From Gammaproteobacteria bacterium (GTDB lineage Bacteria > Pseudomonadota > Gammaproteobacteria > SZUA-152), in the NCBI GenBank assembly GCA_022627515.1, contig JAKEGK010000178.1:1-55080 (forward strand): 55,080 nucleotides of DNA, in the 5' to 3' direction. This document shows, piece by piece, positions 18,641 to 28,260 of this stretch. Under the pieces are notes generated by a model. That model was not told where the DNA came from and ran no database searches. It saw only the letters and a list, made by a program, of their open reading frames with translations. The translations under genes were made by a program, and so were the position numbers. Numbering within the stretch: the stretch's first letter is position 1; each line of letters opens with the position of its first letter.

Positions 18641-18821
18641 GCCTGCCGGAAAATAGTGAACGCGTTAAGCGCAGATAGTTTGCAGAATTTCCACAATCCG
18701 GACAGTACGCCTAAAAATCCGCTGTATCAGGACATGGCGCTCCGATGTGTCCCGAGGTGTGTAACTAAACTGTAACAATTGATCAACAAAATGGGCATAA
18801 AAATCCGGAAACAAGTTAATT

Positions 18822-19185
18822 ATGACAATTCGCGGAACACTTAATAGCATTGGCCGCAAGGGCCGTTTGGGATTCCGCGCCGCGTGCTCCGCGCCTTTCT
18901 TAAAGTATAACTCCGCGCGTGACCGCTGGAATCACGATGTGACTGCCGGGCAATACCAGTTAAATGGTGTTGATGGTTATGTAGAACTGTTCCTAGTGTC
19001 TGTCAAGTGTAAAGATAATACCCGCGCGCGTTGTTGATGGGCTGTCCACGATGGTTGTTGATAATGTCCAGGGGAATGTGTTGATCTGGTATAGCAATGA
19101 AGCAGATTATGTCAGCCGAATGATGGAACTTGCGCGCAAAGTCGTTCGCGGTAGGCAATACCGTTTATCCAGGCTGCCTGCATGA
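18822..19185 (+). pseudogene. Glyceraldehyde-3-phosphate dehydrogenase remnant (ars-type gapdh), internally deleted and frameshifted
   Basis: The frame from 18822 reads MTIRGTLNSIGRKGRLGFRAA...LKYNSARDRWNHDV, compared with GAPDH [21 protein letters not shown]...LKYDSTHGRF. A second frame (about 19030-19185) reads [38 protein letters not shown], compared with the GAPDH C-terminus ...VKLVSWYDNETGYSNKVLDL. The catalytic SCTTNC region is absent. The remnant's TGA overlaps the arsJ ATG (ATGA). Confidence 0.8.
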
Positions 19186-20420
19186 ACGAATCGGATATTA
19201 GGCTACGAAATTATTTTGTTGTTACCGGCGGCTACTGGGGATTTACCATCACCGATGGAGCCATACGCATGCTGGTGCTGTTGTACTTTCACCAGCTAGG
19301 CTACAGTCCGTATGAAGTCGCCATGTTGTTTTTGTTCTATGAATTCTTTGGGGTGGTGACGAACCTGACCGGCGGGTGGGTTGGCGCGCGCCTGGGTCTT
19401 AATCTAACCATGCATGCGGGAATGGCGTTGCAGGTGATTGCGTTAGCCATGTTGACGGCGCCTGATGCCTGGTTAAGCGTGCCTTACGTCATGTTCGCGC
19501 AGGCGCTCTCCGGTATCGCCAAAGACCTCAATAAAATGAGCGCCAAAGCCAGTGTCAGACTCATGCTCCCGCAAGGTGAAAATGCCCGGCCGCGGTTATT
19601 CAAATGGGTCGCGGTGCTCACGGGGTCCAAAAACGCCCTCAAAGGCGTGGGTTTTTTTGCGGGCGCGGCATTGTTATCGCTGGCCGGCTTTCGCAATGCG
19701 TTGTTGATTCTTGCTGGTGGATTGTTACTGGTATTGGCGGTGACAATTATTTTATTGCCGCGTGATCTCGGCAAATCCAGGGCCAAACCCAGGTTTACCC
19801 AGGTCTTTTCCAAGACGGCGGAAATCAACTGGCTGTCAGCGGCGCGCTTTTTTCTGTTCTGCGCCCGCGATATCTGGTTCGTCGTCGGCTTGCCGGTATA
19901 CCTGTATTCCGTGCTGGGTTGGGAATTCATGCAAACCGGTGGTTTCCTGGCGCTCTGGATTATTGGCTACGGAATAGTTCAGGCCGCTGCGCCTGAGCTA
20001 ATACGAAAAAGTCATCATGACTCGGGGCCGGATGGCGCAACCGCCCGTATCTGGGCATTCGTGCTGGCGCTGGCGCCAGCCGTAATTGCTTTGGCGCTGA
20101 TGTATGAGCTTGATCCGGCCTGGTCCTTGATTATTGGTCTGGGGCTGTTTGGTATTGTGTTCGCCATTAATTCCGCAGTGCATTCTTATCTCATTCTTGA
20201 TTATTCCGACCACGACAAGGTGGCGATGAATGTGGGTTTTTAGTACGTGGCCAATGCCGGTGGCCGTTTGACCGGGACGGTACTATCGGGCTGGGTCTAT
20301 CAGGTATGGGGTTTGACCGGATGTTTATGGTGGTCAGCGGGTTTTCTTCTGACCGCGGCGTTATTATCTTTTGCGTTGCCTGTCCACACCTCGTCATTGG
20401 CCGATCCGAAAAAGAATTAG
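19182..20420 (+). pseudogene. arsJ: Organoarsenical (1-arseno-3-phosphoglycerate) efflux MFS permease ArsJ interrupted by an in-frame TAG
   Basis: The N-terminus YWGFTITDGAIRMLVLLYFHQLGYSPYEVAMLFLFYEFFGVVTNLTGGWVGARLGLN matches my memory of ArsJ. The ORF stops at TAG 20241-20243, but the same frame continues as YVANAGGRLTGTVLSGWVYQ... to TAG 20418-20420, giving a full-length 412 codons. Confidence 0.8.
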
Positions 20421-20595
20421 CTTGCAAACGTTGTTCGATCTGCGCGATTCAAAAAAAATCACACTTGCCGTGATCTGCAGCAACTATAGCGCCTGCGCTG
20501 GATTATATTTACCGTTACAATAAGCGGGGGTTGAGTCATCAACCCGGTCGTGGACTATTTGCTGCGCCGTTGTTACCTAATGTAAAATCCTGGTC

Positions 20596-22959
20596 ATGAG
20601 AAAATTTCCGGTTATTCTATTAAGTCCCTTTCGGGAAATGACCCATGTCGTTCGTATTGCCCGTCTGAAAACCTGTGTGTACCGCGCACTGCTATTGCTT
20701 TTATTGCCGCTTTTGGCGGTATGCGTATACGCATCAGAGATAGAAGATCTGCAAACGCAATTGACGAAAATCGAGGCGGAAATTGCATCAAAAGAATTGA
20801 CTGAGGATTGGGTAAAAAAAACTTTAAAGGAACTTGCGATTCTCAAAGGTAAGGTCGACACGCAGACTGAAAAGCAACAGGCGCTGGTCAGCGAAATCAG
20901 GCTCCAACTCGAAAGCCTCGGTGAGCCAAATAGCGCGGAACCGCAGATGGTGCGGGAAAAACGCCTCACCATCAAGAAGGAACTGCAGCAGGATGAGGCG
21001 TTGTTAACCAAGTACAAGGTGCTTTCGATCGCGGTGACGGAACGGCACAAAGAGTATCAGGATAAGTCTCAAGCTCTGTTTAAAGCGCGGCTGCTTAACC
21101 GTGGTCCCACGCTGATTGAAGTAATTCCCAGGGCCATTGAAACGGATGCTCTTGTGATCGCGGCGCTCTCAAAATTCATCATGCAGCGCCATGGCCTGGA
21201 ACAATTGTCGCTGAATGACTACATCGCGCTGGCGGTCTGGATTTTACTGGCAGGTATCGTGACTTACTGGGCCAGAAAAAAACTGAAAGTCTGGTCGGCT
21301 GCCAGGCGCTTCGGAGATGCGCCTTTAGATATATTTGTACAGAGCGTAATACTAACGGTTATCCGGTACCTGCCGCGGCTGGTTCCTGCCATCGTCCTGG
21401 CCGTCTTCGTTTTGCAATTTCAGCCGACGTTCGCTTCGGCGACCTTTATTCAAATTATTTTTCTGTTGCTGCCTTTGTATTTTCTTGCGCGGCTTGCCGT
21501 TGAGATGGTGTTATTCCCGCGGCCGCCGGCGCGCAGCATAACGCAGCTGAATGATGATGTTGCCAGGATTTTATCGCTCTGGTTTTATGTTTTTGTCCAT
21601 GTGATATTTGCAGGCGTAATTATATTCTGGATGATTTTCAGCGCCGAACCCCCGGAGCTTACAGTCCTTATTACACGCGATGTGTTTGTCATCATTAGCG
21701 TGCCGCTGGTGATTGCCCTGTTGTTGATCAGTGGAAGAATCAGAGGCTGGGAAAAGTTCCGTTTGTTGCGCGCGGCGCTGATGTTTGTGTTACTGGTTAC
21801 GCTGGTTTTCGAATTGCTCGGCTATCGCAATTTTTCCTATTTCGTATTGCGGACAGTGTTTTCCCTGGCATTTCTATATGGATTCTTTAGAGCCATTCAG
21901 TGGCTGTTCAATGAATTTATCAGTGTTCTCGAGAATGACACGTATGCAATAAGCAGGGTTTTTAAACGATCGCTTGGACTCAGGGAGAAACAACGCATCC
22001 CCGGCATGATTGCGTTTAGTTTTTTTATACATACGTCTCTTTGGCTCGTGTTTTTCTTTATCGCAATTCATGTCCTGGATTTTTCCGATGAAGTTATTGT
22101 CACGATCCAGAACTGGTTTTTGTACGGGTTTACTCTCGGGAATCTGACGATCAATCCTGTGCGGATTGTATTTGCAATTTTAATTTTTTATTTACTGTAT
22201 GTTGCCAGTGGCTGGTTAAAGTCGAACATCGAAAAACGATGGTTGGCAAAGGCGGATATCGAGAAGGGCGCCCGTGAAACCATCGTGACCATTATCGGGT
22301 ATGTTGGAGTCACTATTGCCTTGCTGATTGGGTTTAGCGTGGCCGGGGCAACGTTCACCAACCTTGCCATCATTGCCGGCGCGTTGTCGGTGGGTATTGG
22401 TTTCGGCCTGCAGAACATCGTGAACAACTTTGTATCCGGTTTGATATTATTGTTTGAGCGCCCCATCAAAAAAGGTGATTGGATAGTGGTGGGAAATACT
22501 GAAGGTTATGTCAAAAAAATCAGCATCCGTTCAACACAAATACAAACATTCGACCGGTCTGATGTCATCGTGCCTAATTCGGATTTAATCTCCAATCAGG
22601 TTACCAACTGGATGCTATACGACCGGAGCGGGAGGCTGCGGTTGCCTATCGGCGTTGCTTACGGTTCAGATACGGAAAAAGTGAAAAACCTGTTACTGGA
22701 GCTGGCCAATTCTCATGACGCGGTGATCAAGGGCAGTGATGGATATCCGATTCAGGCATTGTTTCTCAGCTTTGGCGAAAGCTCATTGAATTTTGAATTG
22801 CGTTGCCATATTAAAAATATCGATGAACGGCTGTCCGTGCTGAGCGATATGAATTACATGCTCGACGCCATGTTCAGGAAAAATAATATTGAGATACCTT
22901 TCCCGCAGCGGGATATCCATATCAGGAGCGCCGGCGCGCAGGACTTGAAGCCGGTGTAA
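20596..22959 (+). CDS. MscS-family mechanosensitive channel, MscK/KefA-like
   Basis: An N-terminal coiled-coil periplasmic region and multiple TM helices precede the MscS core (GALSVGIGFGLQNIVNNFVSGLILLFERPIKKGDWIVVGNTEGYVKKISIRSTQIQTFDRSDVIVPNS). An alternative start at 20638 gives a signal peptide. Confidence 0.85.
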   Translation: MRKFPVILLSPFREMTHVVRIARLKTCVYRALLLLLLPLLAVCVYASEIEDLQTQLTKIEAEIASKELTEDWVKKTLKELAILKGKVDTQTEKQQALVSEIRLQLESLGEPNSAEPQMVREKRLTIKKELQQDEALLTKYKVLSIAVTERHKEYQDKSQALFKARLLNRGPTLIEVIPRAIETDALVIAALSKFIMQRHGLEQLSLNDYIALAVWILLAGIVTYWARKKLKVWSAARRFGDAPLDIFVQSVILTVIRYLPRLVPAIVLAVFVLQFQPTFASATFIQIIFLLLPLYFLARLAVEMVLFPRPPARSITQLNDDVARILSLWFYVFVHVIFAGVIIFWMIFSAEPPELTVLITRDVFVIISVPLVIALLLISGRIRGWEKFRLLRAALMFVLLVTLVFELLGYRNFSYFVLRTVFSLAFLYGFFRAIQWLFNEFISVLENDTYAISRVFKRSLGLREKQRIPGMIAFSFFIHTSLWLVFFFIAIHVLDFSDEVIVTIQNWFLYGFTLGNLTINPVRIVFAILIFYLLYVASGWLKSNIEKRWLAKADIEKGARETIVTIIGYVGVTIALLIGFSVAGATFTNLAIIAGALSVGIGFGLQNIVNNFVSGLILLFERPIKKGDWIVVGNTEGYVKKISIRSTQIQTFDRSDVIVPNSDLISNQVTNWMLYDRSGRLRLPIGVAYGSDTEKVKNLLLELANSHDAVIKGSDGYPIQALFLSFGESSLNFELRCHIKNIDERLSVLSDMNYMLDAMFRKNNIEIPFPQRDIHIRSAGAQDLKPV

Positions 22960-23039
22960 TAAACAGCAGGATTCTCGCGCGCTCGTTGTTATCCTTTAAA
23001 AATCCAGTCAATGATACATCCATTGAGTGCGTTAACAGG

Positions 23040-25253
23040 TTATTGATCGGCGATTTTAATGATGTGTTTAACAGATTCATCATTTATTAGCTTGCAAAGC
23101 GTTTCCCGCAATTTTGCAATGGCATCGCGTTTTCCCTTCAGGCCAAGCGTGGTGATGATTTCCTGCCAGGAAAGCCGTTGCAGCACTTTTTTCATTAATA
23201 TGCATTGCTCATCGAAGGAACACAGGCGGTCAATTTTACCTTGCTCGAACAAATGCGAAATCAATTTTGTAATCGGAAATGAATTGATTTCATAACCGCG
23301 TCCTGCGGTTGCAAACGACGTGATGTCATTCCATTCGTCTTTCGAAAGCTGCAGATTCTGGCCTTGGGTGAAAGTTTTATAAATTTTCGCCGCCACATCA
23401 CACTCAAGGTCTTGATAAGCTTCTGCCAGCATAAAGGAAAAGCGGCTGTTGAATTTGGCAACGGCCGCTTCCACGAATTTTCCCCCTTGGTCCGATAAGG
23501 CTTTTATGTAGCTAATGGCATGAGTGCCGGTTGCCGCGTTGTGTTTCAGACCGAGGTGCGCGGGAAAATACGCGGCGCTATGCCAGAAACTCAGTAAACT
23601 GCTGTCCGCACCAAAAGAACTGCCGGCAATGTCCACCTGCCGTTGGTGCGCATCCGTTTCAATATGCTGTAACAGTTGATGGCCGATTCCCTGGCGCCGG
23701 AATCCCGGATGCACGGCAATACGAACAATGCGCGCATATTTTACCTGGCTGGCATGCCTGAGGCCCGCGAACGACTCCAGGGTTTGCGGCAATAGATGCC
23801 CCATGACGCGCCGTTCGTTGCGGTGCACGGCATCGGCAATCGTTTTGTCGAGATTACCTTCCAGTTCCACCAAGGCGGTACCAACTAATACACCGTTACA
23901 AGACGCAACAAAAATATCCAGATCGATGGCGTCCAGCAGATAGCGCAGATCCCGCGGTTGAGTCTGGTAATGAGCGAGCACCAGTAAACCAAATATGGCG
24001 GATAATAAATTTTCATCTTCGATCAGTGTGGCGCGATTGAGTTTGGTTACCGTAATTGCGTGTGCGTCGAAGGCAAAGCCGGTTTCGGCAACCGTTGCGT
24101 CCAGTAACAAACACTGGAAGACAAAGCGCTCTACGGGATCGTCAGGCGCCCAGCGTATGGGTAATTCCATCTCCAGCGCATGCCAGCCGGGTGTTTCCCG
24201 GTCGAGTGTTTCCTGAAACTTGACAGTAAAGCCCCGCCCGGTGCCTTCATAGCCGTACGTTGTGGTTGCAAACACAATTCGTGAATAGCGTTGTAATAAC
24301 CGATGCAGGATGGGCACCGGAACCGCGGCTGCTTCGTCAATCAGCAACAGATTGCATGCCGGTGTCTCGCGGCATAACACATCGGGTGCGATATATTCCA
24401 GACAACCTGTACTGGTGACAATACTGCCGGACGCAAGCAGCGCATCGTTTAATAGAGTCCGCGCATGCTTGAACACCGTTCCCGCGGCATTAAGCCGGGG
24501 ACCGGTGACTATGATGCGTTTTACACCTTGCTGTAAAAGCTTTGCGGCCGAGATACCCAGCGCTGCGGATTTGCCCCGGCCTCGATTCGCCGTGATCACC
24601 AGGGGACGGCGGCGATGCCCGCGCACGACATGCCCAATGGCGTCCACGGCCCGTTTTTGATCCACGGTTCGGCAAACATCATTTTGAAGATAACCTTTTA
24701 GATCCGCGGTGTCTGCCGTGGCGCTATGATCAGGTAATGGCTGGTTTTCCTGGATCAGGGTGACATCACCGGAATTGGCGATGATTTTCTTCAGGCGTTG
24801 CAGGAAACGCCTGCCAACATTTTTCGCATCGTAAGGCCAGATGGCCATGCGTTGTTGCTCAGGATCCGCAAAATCCTGCAAAGTTTCCAGTGGCGGCATC
24901 AGAAGAATCAACAGGCCGCCACCGCTGATCGAGCCGGATAAAGATCCAAGCGCATTCGGATCGATGCCGTCGAAGAAATCAATGACAGCGTGTTCATATT
25001 CGTGACCCAGATAGTGCGGCGCATCAGACGGATTAATCTGCCTGCTGTTGCTGATATCAAGTGGAGTTGTTGCGGCGGCCAATAGATTGTTGAGAGCGTT
25101 GTGTTCAGCGATCTTTTTCAGGCTTGCATGACACCATGGCTGAGCACCCGCAAGAATAACGCAATGACGATGGAAGCGCATTCTGCTTTTCTCAAGCAGG
25201 TTTTTTACGAGCAATGCAATGTTTGTTTCCGTCGCGTGTTTGGGATTTTCCAT
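23040..25253 (-). CDS. tmcA: tRNA(Met) cytidine acetyltransferase
   Basis: 737 aa. A Walker A motif (ANRGRGKSAALG) and the DEAAAVP helicase-like motif are present. The GNAT region carries RIVRIAVHPGFRRQGIG. Confidence 0.8.
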   Translation of the reverse strand: MENPKHATETNIALLVKNLLEKSRMRFHRHCVILAGAQPWCHASLKKIAEHNALNNLLAAATTPLDISNSRQINPSDAPHYLGHEYEHAVIDFFDGIDPNALGSLSGSISGGGLLILLMPPLETLQDFADPEQQRMAIWPYDAKNVGRRFLQRLKKIIANSGDVTLIQENQPLPDHSATADTADLKGYLQNDVCRTVDQKRAVDAIGHVVRGHRRRPLVITANRGRGKSAALGISAAKLLQQGVKRIIVTGPRLNAAGTVFKHARTLLNDALLASGSIVTSTGCLEYIAPDVLCRETPACNLLLIDEAAAVPVPILHRLLQRYSRIVFATTTYGYEGTGRGFTVKFQETLDRETPGWHALEMELPIRWAPDDPVERFVFQCLLLDATVAETGFAFDAHAITVTKLNRATLIEDENLLSAIFGLLVLAHYQTQPRDLRYLLDAIDLDIFVASCNGVLVGTALVELEGNLDKTIADAVHRNERRVMGHLLPQTLESFAGLRHASQVKYARIVRIAVHPGFRRQGIGHQLLQHIETDAHQRQVDIAGSSFGADSSLLSFWHSAAYFPAHLGLKHNAATGTHAISYIKALSDQGGKFVEAAVAKFNSRFSFMLAEAYQDLECDVAAKIYKTFTQGQNLQLSKDEWNDITSFATAGRGYEINSFPITKLISHLFEQGKIDRLCSFDEQCILMKKVLQRLSWQEIITTLGLKGKRDAIAKLRETLCKLINDESVKHIIKIADQ

Positions 25254-25277
25254 GAATACTGGCCGGTTAGTCCGTTG

Positions 25278-26375
25278 TTAAGCACGCCCGGCATCAAGAT
25301 GGAAGTGCAGGTTTTTTATCCGCACGCCGTTAATCAGCAGTTCGATTTGATGCCGGCCGGAATAGTGCTTGCGCGTTGTGAAATTTTTTACAGAATGTTT
25401 TTTGCGTAAGGTCAGCGATTGCCTGGGTTTGAGCATTGCTGTTTTCAGTTTGAACACCTTGGGGCTGGTGCGGCCGGATGCTTTTACATAGTGAATACGG
25501 TAGTCAATTATGAGTTGTTGCGCCTGATTGGCGCAGGAAACCAGCTCCAGCTCGAATTCAAGATCATTTCCCAATTGCAACTCGCTTGCGTTGAGCGCGA
25601 ATTTACGGAGTTTGATTTTTGGTTTCTCTCCGGCGCCAAATAATGCCAAGGCCTGGCGGTTGCCCTTTTTTATCAGCGTCCTTGCGGCGTGGCGAATGAT
25701 CCACTGAGTTGATTGATTATTGCCGTCCCAGCTTTTCACCAGTTGCAGCATTTTTTCAGGGTGATCTTTGGAAATATCATTGAGATGGTTGGCAACGGAC
25801 TTTTGCACGTATTTTTCGTGATCCGCTTTCAGATCCTGCAGGATAGGGAAGCAGTATGATGGTTTTTCCAGGAATGCCTTGATGCGAACCGCCCAGGGCA
25901 GGCGCGGCCTGGTTCCTTCACTGGTCAAACGGCGGATGTGCACGTTTTCGCTGTTTGTCCATTTTTTTAAGATGGACAAGGTGCGATCCAGATCATCTTG
26001 AAGAAATACCCGTATTGCGAGTTCCGAGGACGAGTATTGCGTAAAGTCCTTTAAAGCCTGCATGGAGCGTTTGAAATCATGCGTTCCATACCGCGCTACA
26101 AAGTCCGGCATGAACATATAGCTGAAACTGTTTTCGTTGAGTGTCGCTGCGTAAGCATACAAACGTTTGAGCGCCTGCGGGTAATTGTCTGGCAGGAATT
26201 GCCGGCATATGTCCGCTGTGTGTTGCACACGTTGTTTGAGTTCCATCGCGGACAGATTCCTGATGCAGGCCTGATAAAATTTGTTGGCATCAATATCAGG
26301 ATCTATTCGGGCAAACGCCTGGCTCAATTGCCGGTAAAAACCGGGATTATAGAATTGATCTTTTAGTGGCTGCAT
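25278..26375 (-). CDS. DNA alkylation repair (AlkD-like HEAT repeat) family protein
   Basis: 365 aa. Family-like segments include VHIRRLTSEGTRPRLPWA and KSVANHLNDISKDHP. The stop lies 24 nt upstream of tmcA on the same strand. Confidence 0.6.
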   Translation of the reverse strand: MQPLKDQFYNPGFYRQLSQAFARIDPDIDANKFYQACIRNLSAMELKQRVQHTADICRQFLPDNYPQALKRLYAYAATLNENSFSYMFMPDFVARYGTHDFKRSMQALKDFTQYSSSELAIRVFLQDDLDRTLSILKKWTNSENVHIRRLTSEGTRPRLPWAVRIKAFLEKPSYCFPILQDLKADHEKYVQKSVANHLNDISKDHPEKMLQLVKSWDGNNQSTQWIIRHAARTLIKKGNRQALALFGAGEKPKIKLRKFALNASELQLGNDLEFELELVSCANQAQQLIIDYRIHYVKASGRTSPKVFKLKTAMLKPRQSLTLRKKHSVKNFTTRKHYSGRHQIELLINGVRIKNLHFHLDAGRA

Positions 26376-26573
26376 GAGGTTGGCTGGCGGTTCCGGCTAG
26401 TCGTTCCGGAAAATTGTAACCGTGCGTGAATCGTTTGGCCAATCTGACGATATCATTGCCCGCCGGGCAATGCCGCGCAATTTCGTGAAGGCATGTAATT
26501 TTCCCGGCAATGCCTTGAGGATGTAATACTATCTTGATGCAGAGGCCTTGATGGAGCGGCGCTGTGCGGGAAC

Positions 26574-26604
26574 AAAAAACCCACAGCTGTTACGCAGCAG
26601 TGGG
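26574..26604 (-). terminator. Intrinsic terminator after the cold-shock gene
   Basis: On the minus strand a 10-bp stem (one mismatch) closes a 5-nt loop and is followed by UUUUUUGUU. It lies 38 nt downstream of the csp stop. Confidence 0.8.
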
Positions 26605-26641
26605 TTTTCGTTAGTTGGAGTGTTTAAAATTAACTCTGAGC

Positions 26642-26848
26642 TTAGCTTTGTACAGTTACGTTCGCTGCCTGGGGACCTTTGGGACCTTGCTCGACGTCAA
26701 ACCTTACTGCTTGGCCTTCCGCCAAGCTCCGGAATCCATCACCCTGGATCGCGGAAAAGTGTACAAATACATCCTTGCCACCATCACTTGGTGAAATGAA
26801 TCCAAAACCTTTAGATTCGTTAAACCATTTAACGGTACCAGTGCTCAT
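26642..26848 (-). CDS. CspA-family cold-shock protein
   Basis: [20 protein letters not shown]...DVFVHFSAI carries the RNP1 and RNP2 motifs. The ORF track starts 7 codons earlier. MSTG is the family-typical start and is preceded by GAGG. Confidence 0.95.
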   Translation of the reverse strand: MSTGTVKWFNESKGFGFISPSDGGKDVFVHFSAIQGDGFRSLAEGQAVRFDVEQGPKGPQAANVTVQS

Positions 26849-27069
26849 AGAAATTACCTCATATTTCAAAAAGTTAGTGAATTATTGCAGATCATACAAG
26901 GCAATTTACGAGATAGAACCGAACCGGACTTTCTGAAATGACTTGAACAATTGCAATCTTACTTGACGGTCAGAACTTAAGGTATTACGTCAGCCGTCTC
27001 AGTAATTAGTATAATGAAACTTGTTAATCGCGCAAGATTTCGGTTTATTCGTTACGTGGTTTTTGTGGA
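26849..27069 (-). promoter_or_regulatory. Long 5' leader/promoter region of the csp gene with a cold-box-like element
   Basis: About 220 nt of non-coding sequence lies between the GIY-YIG stop and the csp start. The minus strand contains CTGACGTAATACC (26981-26993), which resembles the E. coli cspA cold box TGACGTACAGA. Confidence 0.35.
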
Positions 27070-27405
27070 TCAATTCCTGATTTTCACCCTGATTTGGGCG
27101 GATTTTTTCCGTTTTCGAGACATAACAGGAGCTTTCCGGGACAAAACCAGTATTTCTTTCTGATTTTTCGGCAGGCGTTTAATGGCGGCTTCACGTCTGG
27201 CGGCGAGGGATCGGGACGCAAGACATTCCTGATATACCAGTTTTACCGGCCTTCGGGTGCGGGTATATTTGGCGCCCTGCCGGTTATCCGTATTGTGTTC
27301 AATGAGCCGTTTTTCAGGAGATTTGGCGATACCGGTATACAGGCTGCCGTCACGGCAACGCAGCAGATACACATACCATTTTGATTCCTGTTGTTTTGCG
27401 GGCAT
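27070..27405 (-). CDS. GIY-YIG nuclease-family protein (UPF0213-like)
   Basis: WYVYLLRCRDGSLYTGIAKSPEKRLIEHN...GAKYTRTRRPVKLVY is the typical small GIY-YIG domain. Confidence 0.85.
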   Translation of the reverse strand: MPAKQQESKWYVYLLRCRDGSLYTGIAKSPEKRLIEHNTDNRQGAKYTRTRRPVKLVYQECLASRSLAARREAAIKRLPKNQKEILVLSRKAPVMSRKRKKSAQIRVKIRN

Positions 27406-27700
27406 GCGTGGGTGTTCACGAATCCTTCGGTAAATAGACTGCTTCAGACCCTTTTACACCATTGAACCTCATATTATTTACATCGCCTTTAAATACCGAT
27501 ATTTGGCTGATTATGAATAAGTTTTTGAAAAGGATGGTATGCAATGATGCGCCTGTCGCCTTTTGCTACAGTTTAACAGGTAAAACCCGATATATATTCC
27601 GGATTCACTTGTGGCTTTCCAAAAACTGTTCAGGTCAGCACGATTACATCATCATTTGGTACAATACGCACCCTTCTCAGCAAGCTAACAGTCCAACATC

Positions 27701-28141
27701 ATGGCAGCAAGAAAAAAAACCACCACAAAGAAGCCGGCGCCAGGCAGGAAAAAACCTGCAACGGTAAAGCATGGCAAGGCAAAAGCCCGGACGGGCTCCA
27801 AAAACAAGCCAATTAAAAATAAAGCCGCGGCAAGCAAAACCATCAAAGTGGCGGTAAGAAAAAGTCCGGTCAACAAAAAGCAGAGAACAGAGAAACCGGC
27901 GGTTAGTGAAGCATCCGGCCGCGGTCAAAGTGGTGTAAAAAAGCCGCCGAATAAAAATCTTGGCAGAAAAGTGAAAACACTCACAGGCCGATGGATTGGG
28001 CAACAGGGGGTGATTGTGCGGCAGGATCCTGTTTTGGGGACCTACTTTATAAAATTCGACTCATGTCAGCGTGACCCTGTTTACAAAAGCCTGGAATGGG
28101 GTCCCTACTTCGAATCGCAATTGGATTTTTTAAAACCTTAA
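27701..28141 (+). CDS. Hypothetical protein with a lysine-rich histone H1-like N-terminal half and a small globular C-terminal domain
   Basis: 146 aa. The first 90 aa or so are K/P/A/T-rich (KKTTTKKPAPGRKKPATVKHGKAKARTGSKNKPIKNKAAASK...). The C-terminus is TGRWIGQQGVIVRQDPVLGTYFIKFDSCQRDPVYKSLEWGPYF. There is no clear Shine-Dalgarno sequence. Confidence 0.5.
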   Translation: MAARKKTTTKKPAPGRKKPATVKHGKAKARTGSKNKPIKNKAAASKTIKVAVRKSPVNKKQRTEKPAVSEASGRGQSGVKKPPNKNLGRKVKTLTGRWIGQQGVIVRQDPVLGTYFIKFDSCQRDPVYKSLEWGPYFESQLDFLKP

Positions 28142-28176
28142 GCTTTCGGCCACACTGCCTGGCAGTATTGTTTCTG

Positions 28177-28260
28177 TCAGAGCAGTGTATAAAATTCCAT
28201 AAAAATAACAAACGCGGCGCCTGCGATAGCCACCATGATAAAGTTTTCCAAAGCCTGCAT
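28177..28260 (-). CDS. Possible 27-aa hydrophobic small protein
   Basis: My manual translation is MQALENFIMVAIAGAAFVIFMEFYTLL*, one TM-length hydrophobic segment. GAGG lies 9 nt upstream of the ATG. I recognised no homology. Confidence 0.2.
   Translation of the reverse strand: MQALENFIMVAIAGAAFVIFMEFYTLL

Noticed and set aside
18665-18859. 64-aa minus-strand ORF whose end (FRRTVRIVEILQTICA) faintly recalls the ArsR N-terminal PTRLRILELL...CVC region. It could be an arsR relic next to the gapdh-arsJ relic.
   Set aside because: The similarity is too short and needs an indel. The frame would run into the DUF3365 terminator, so I cannot support the call without a database search.
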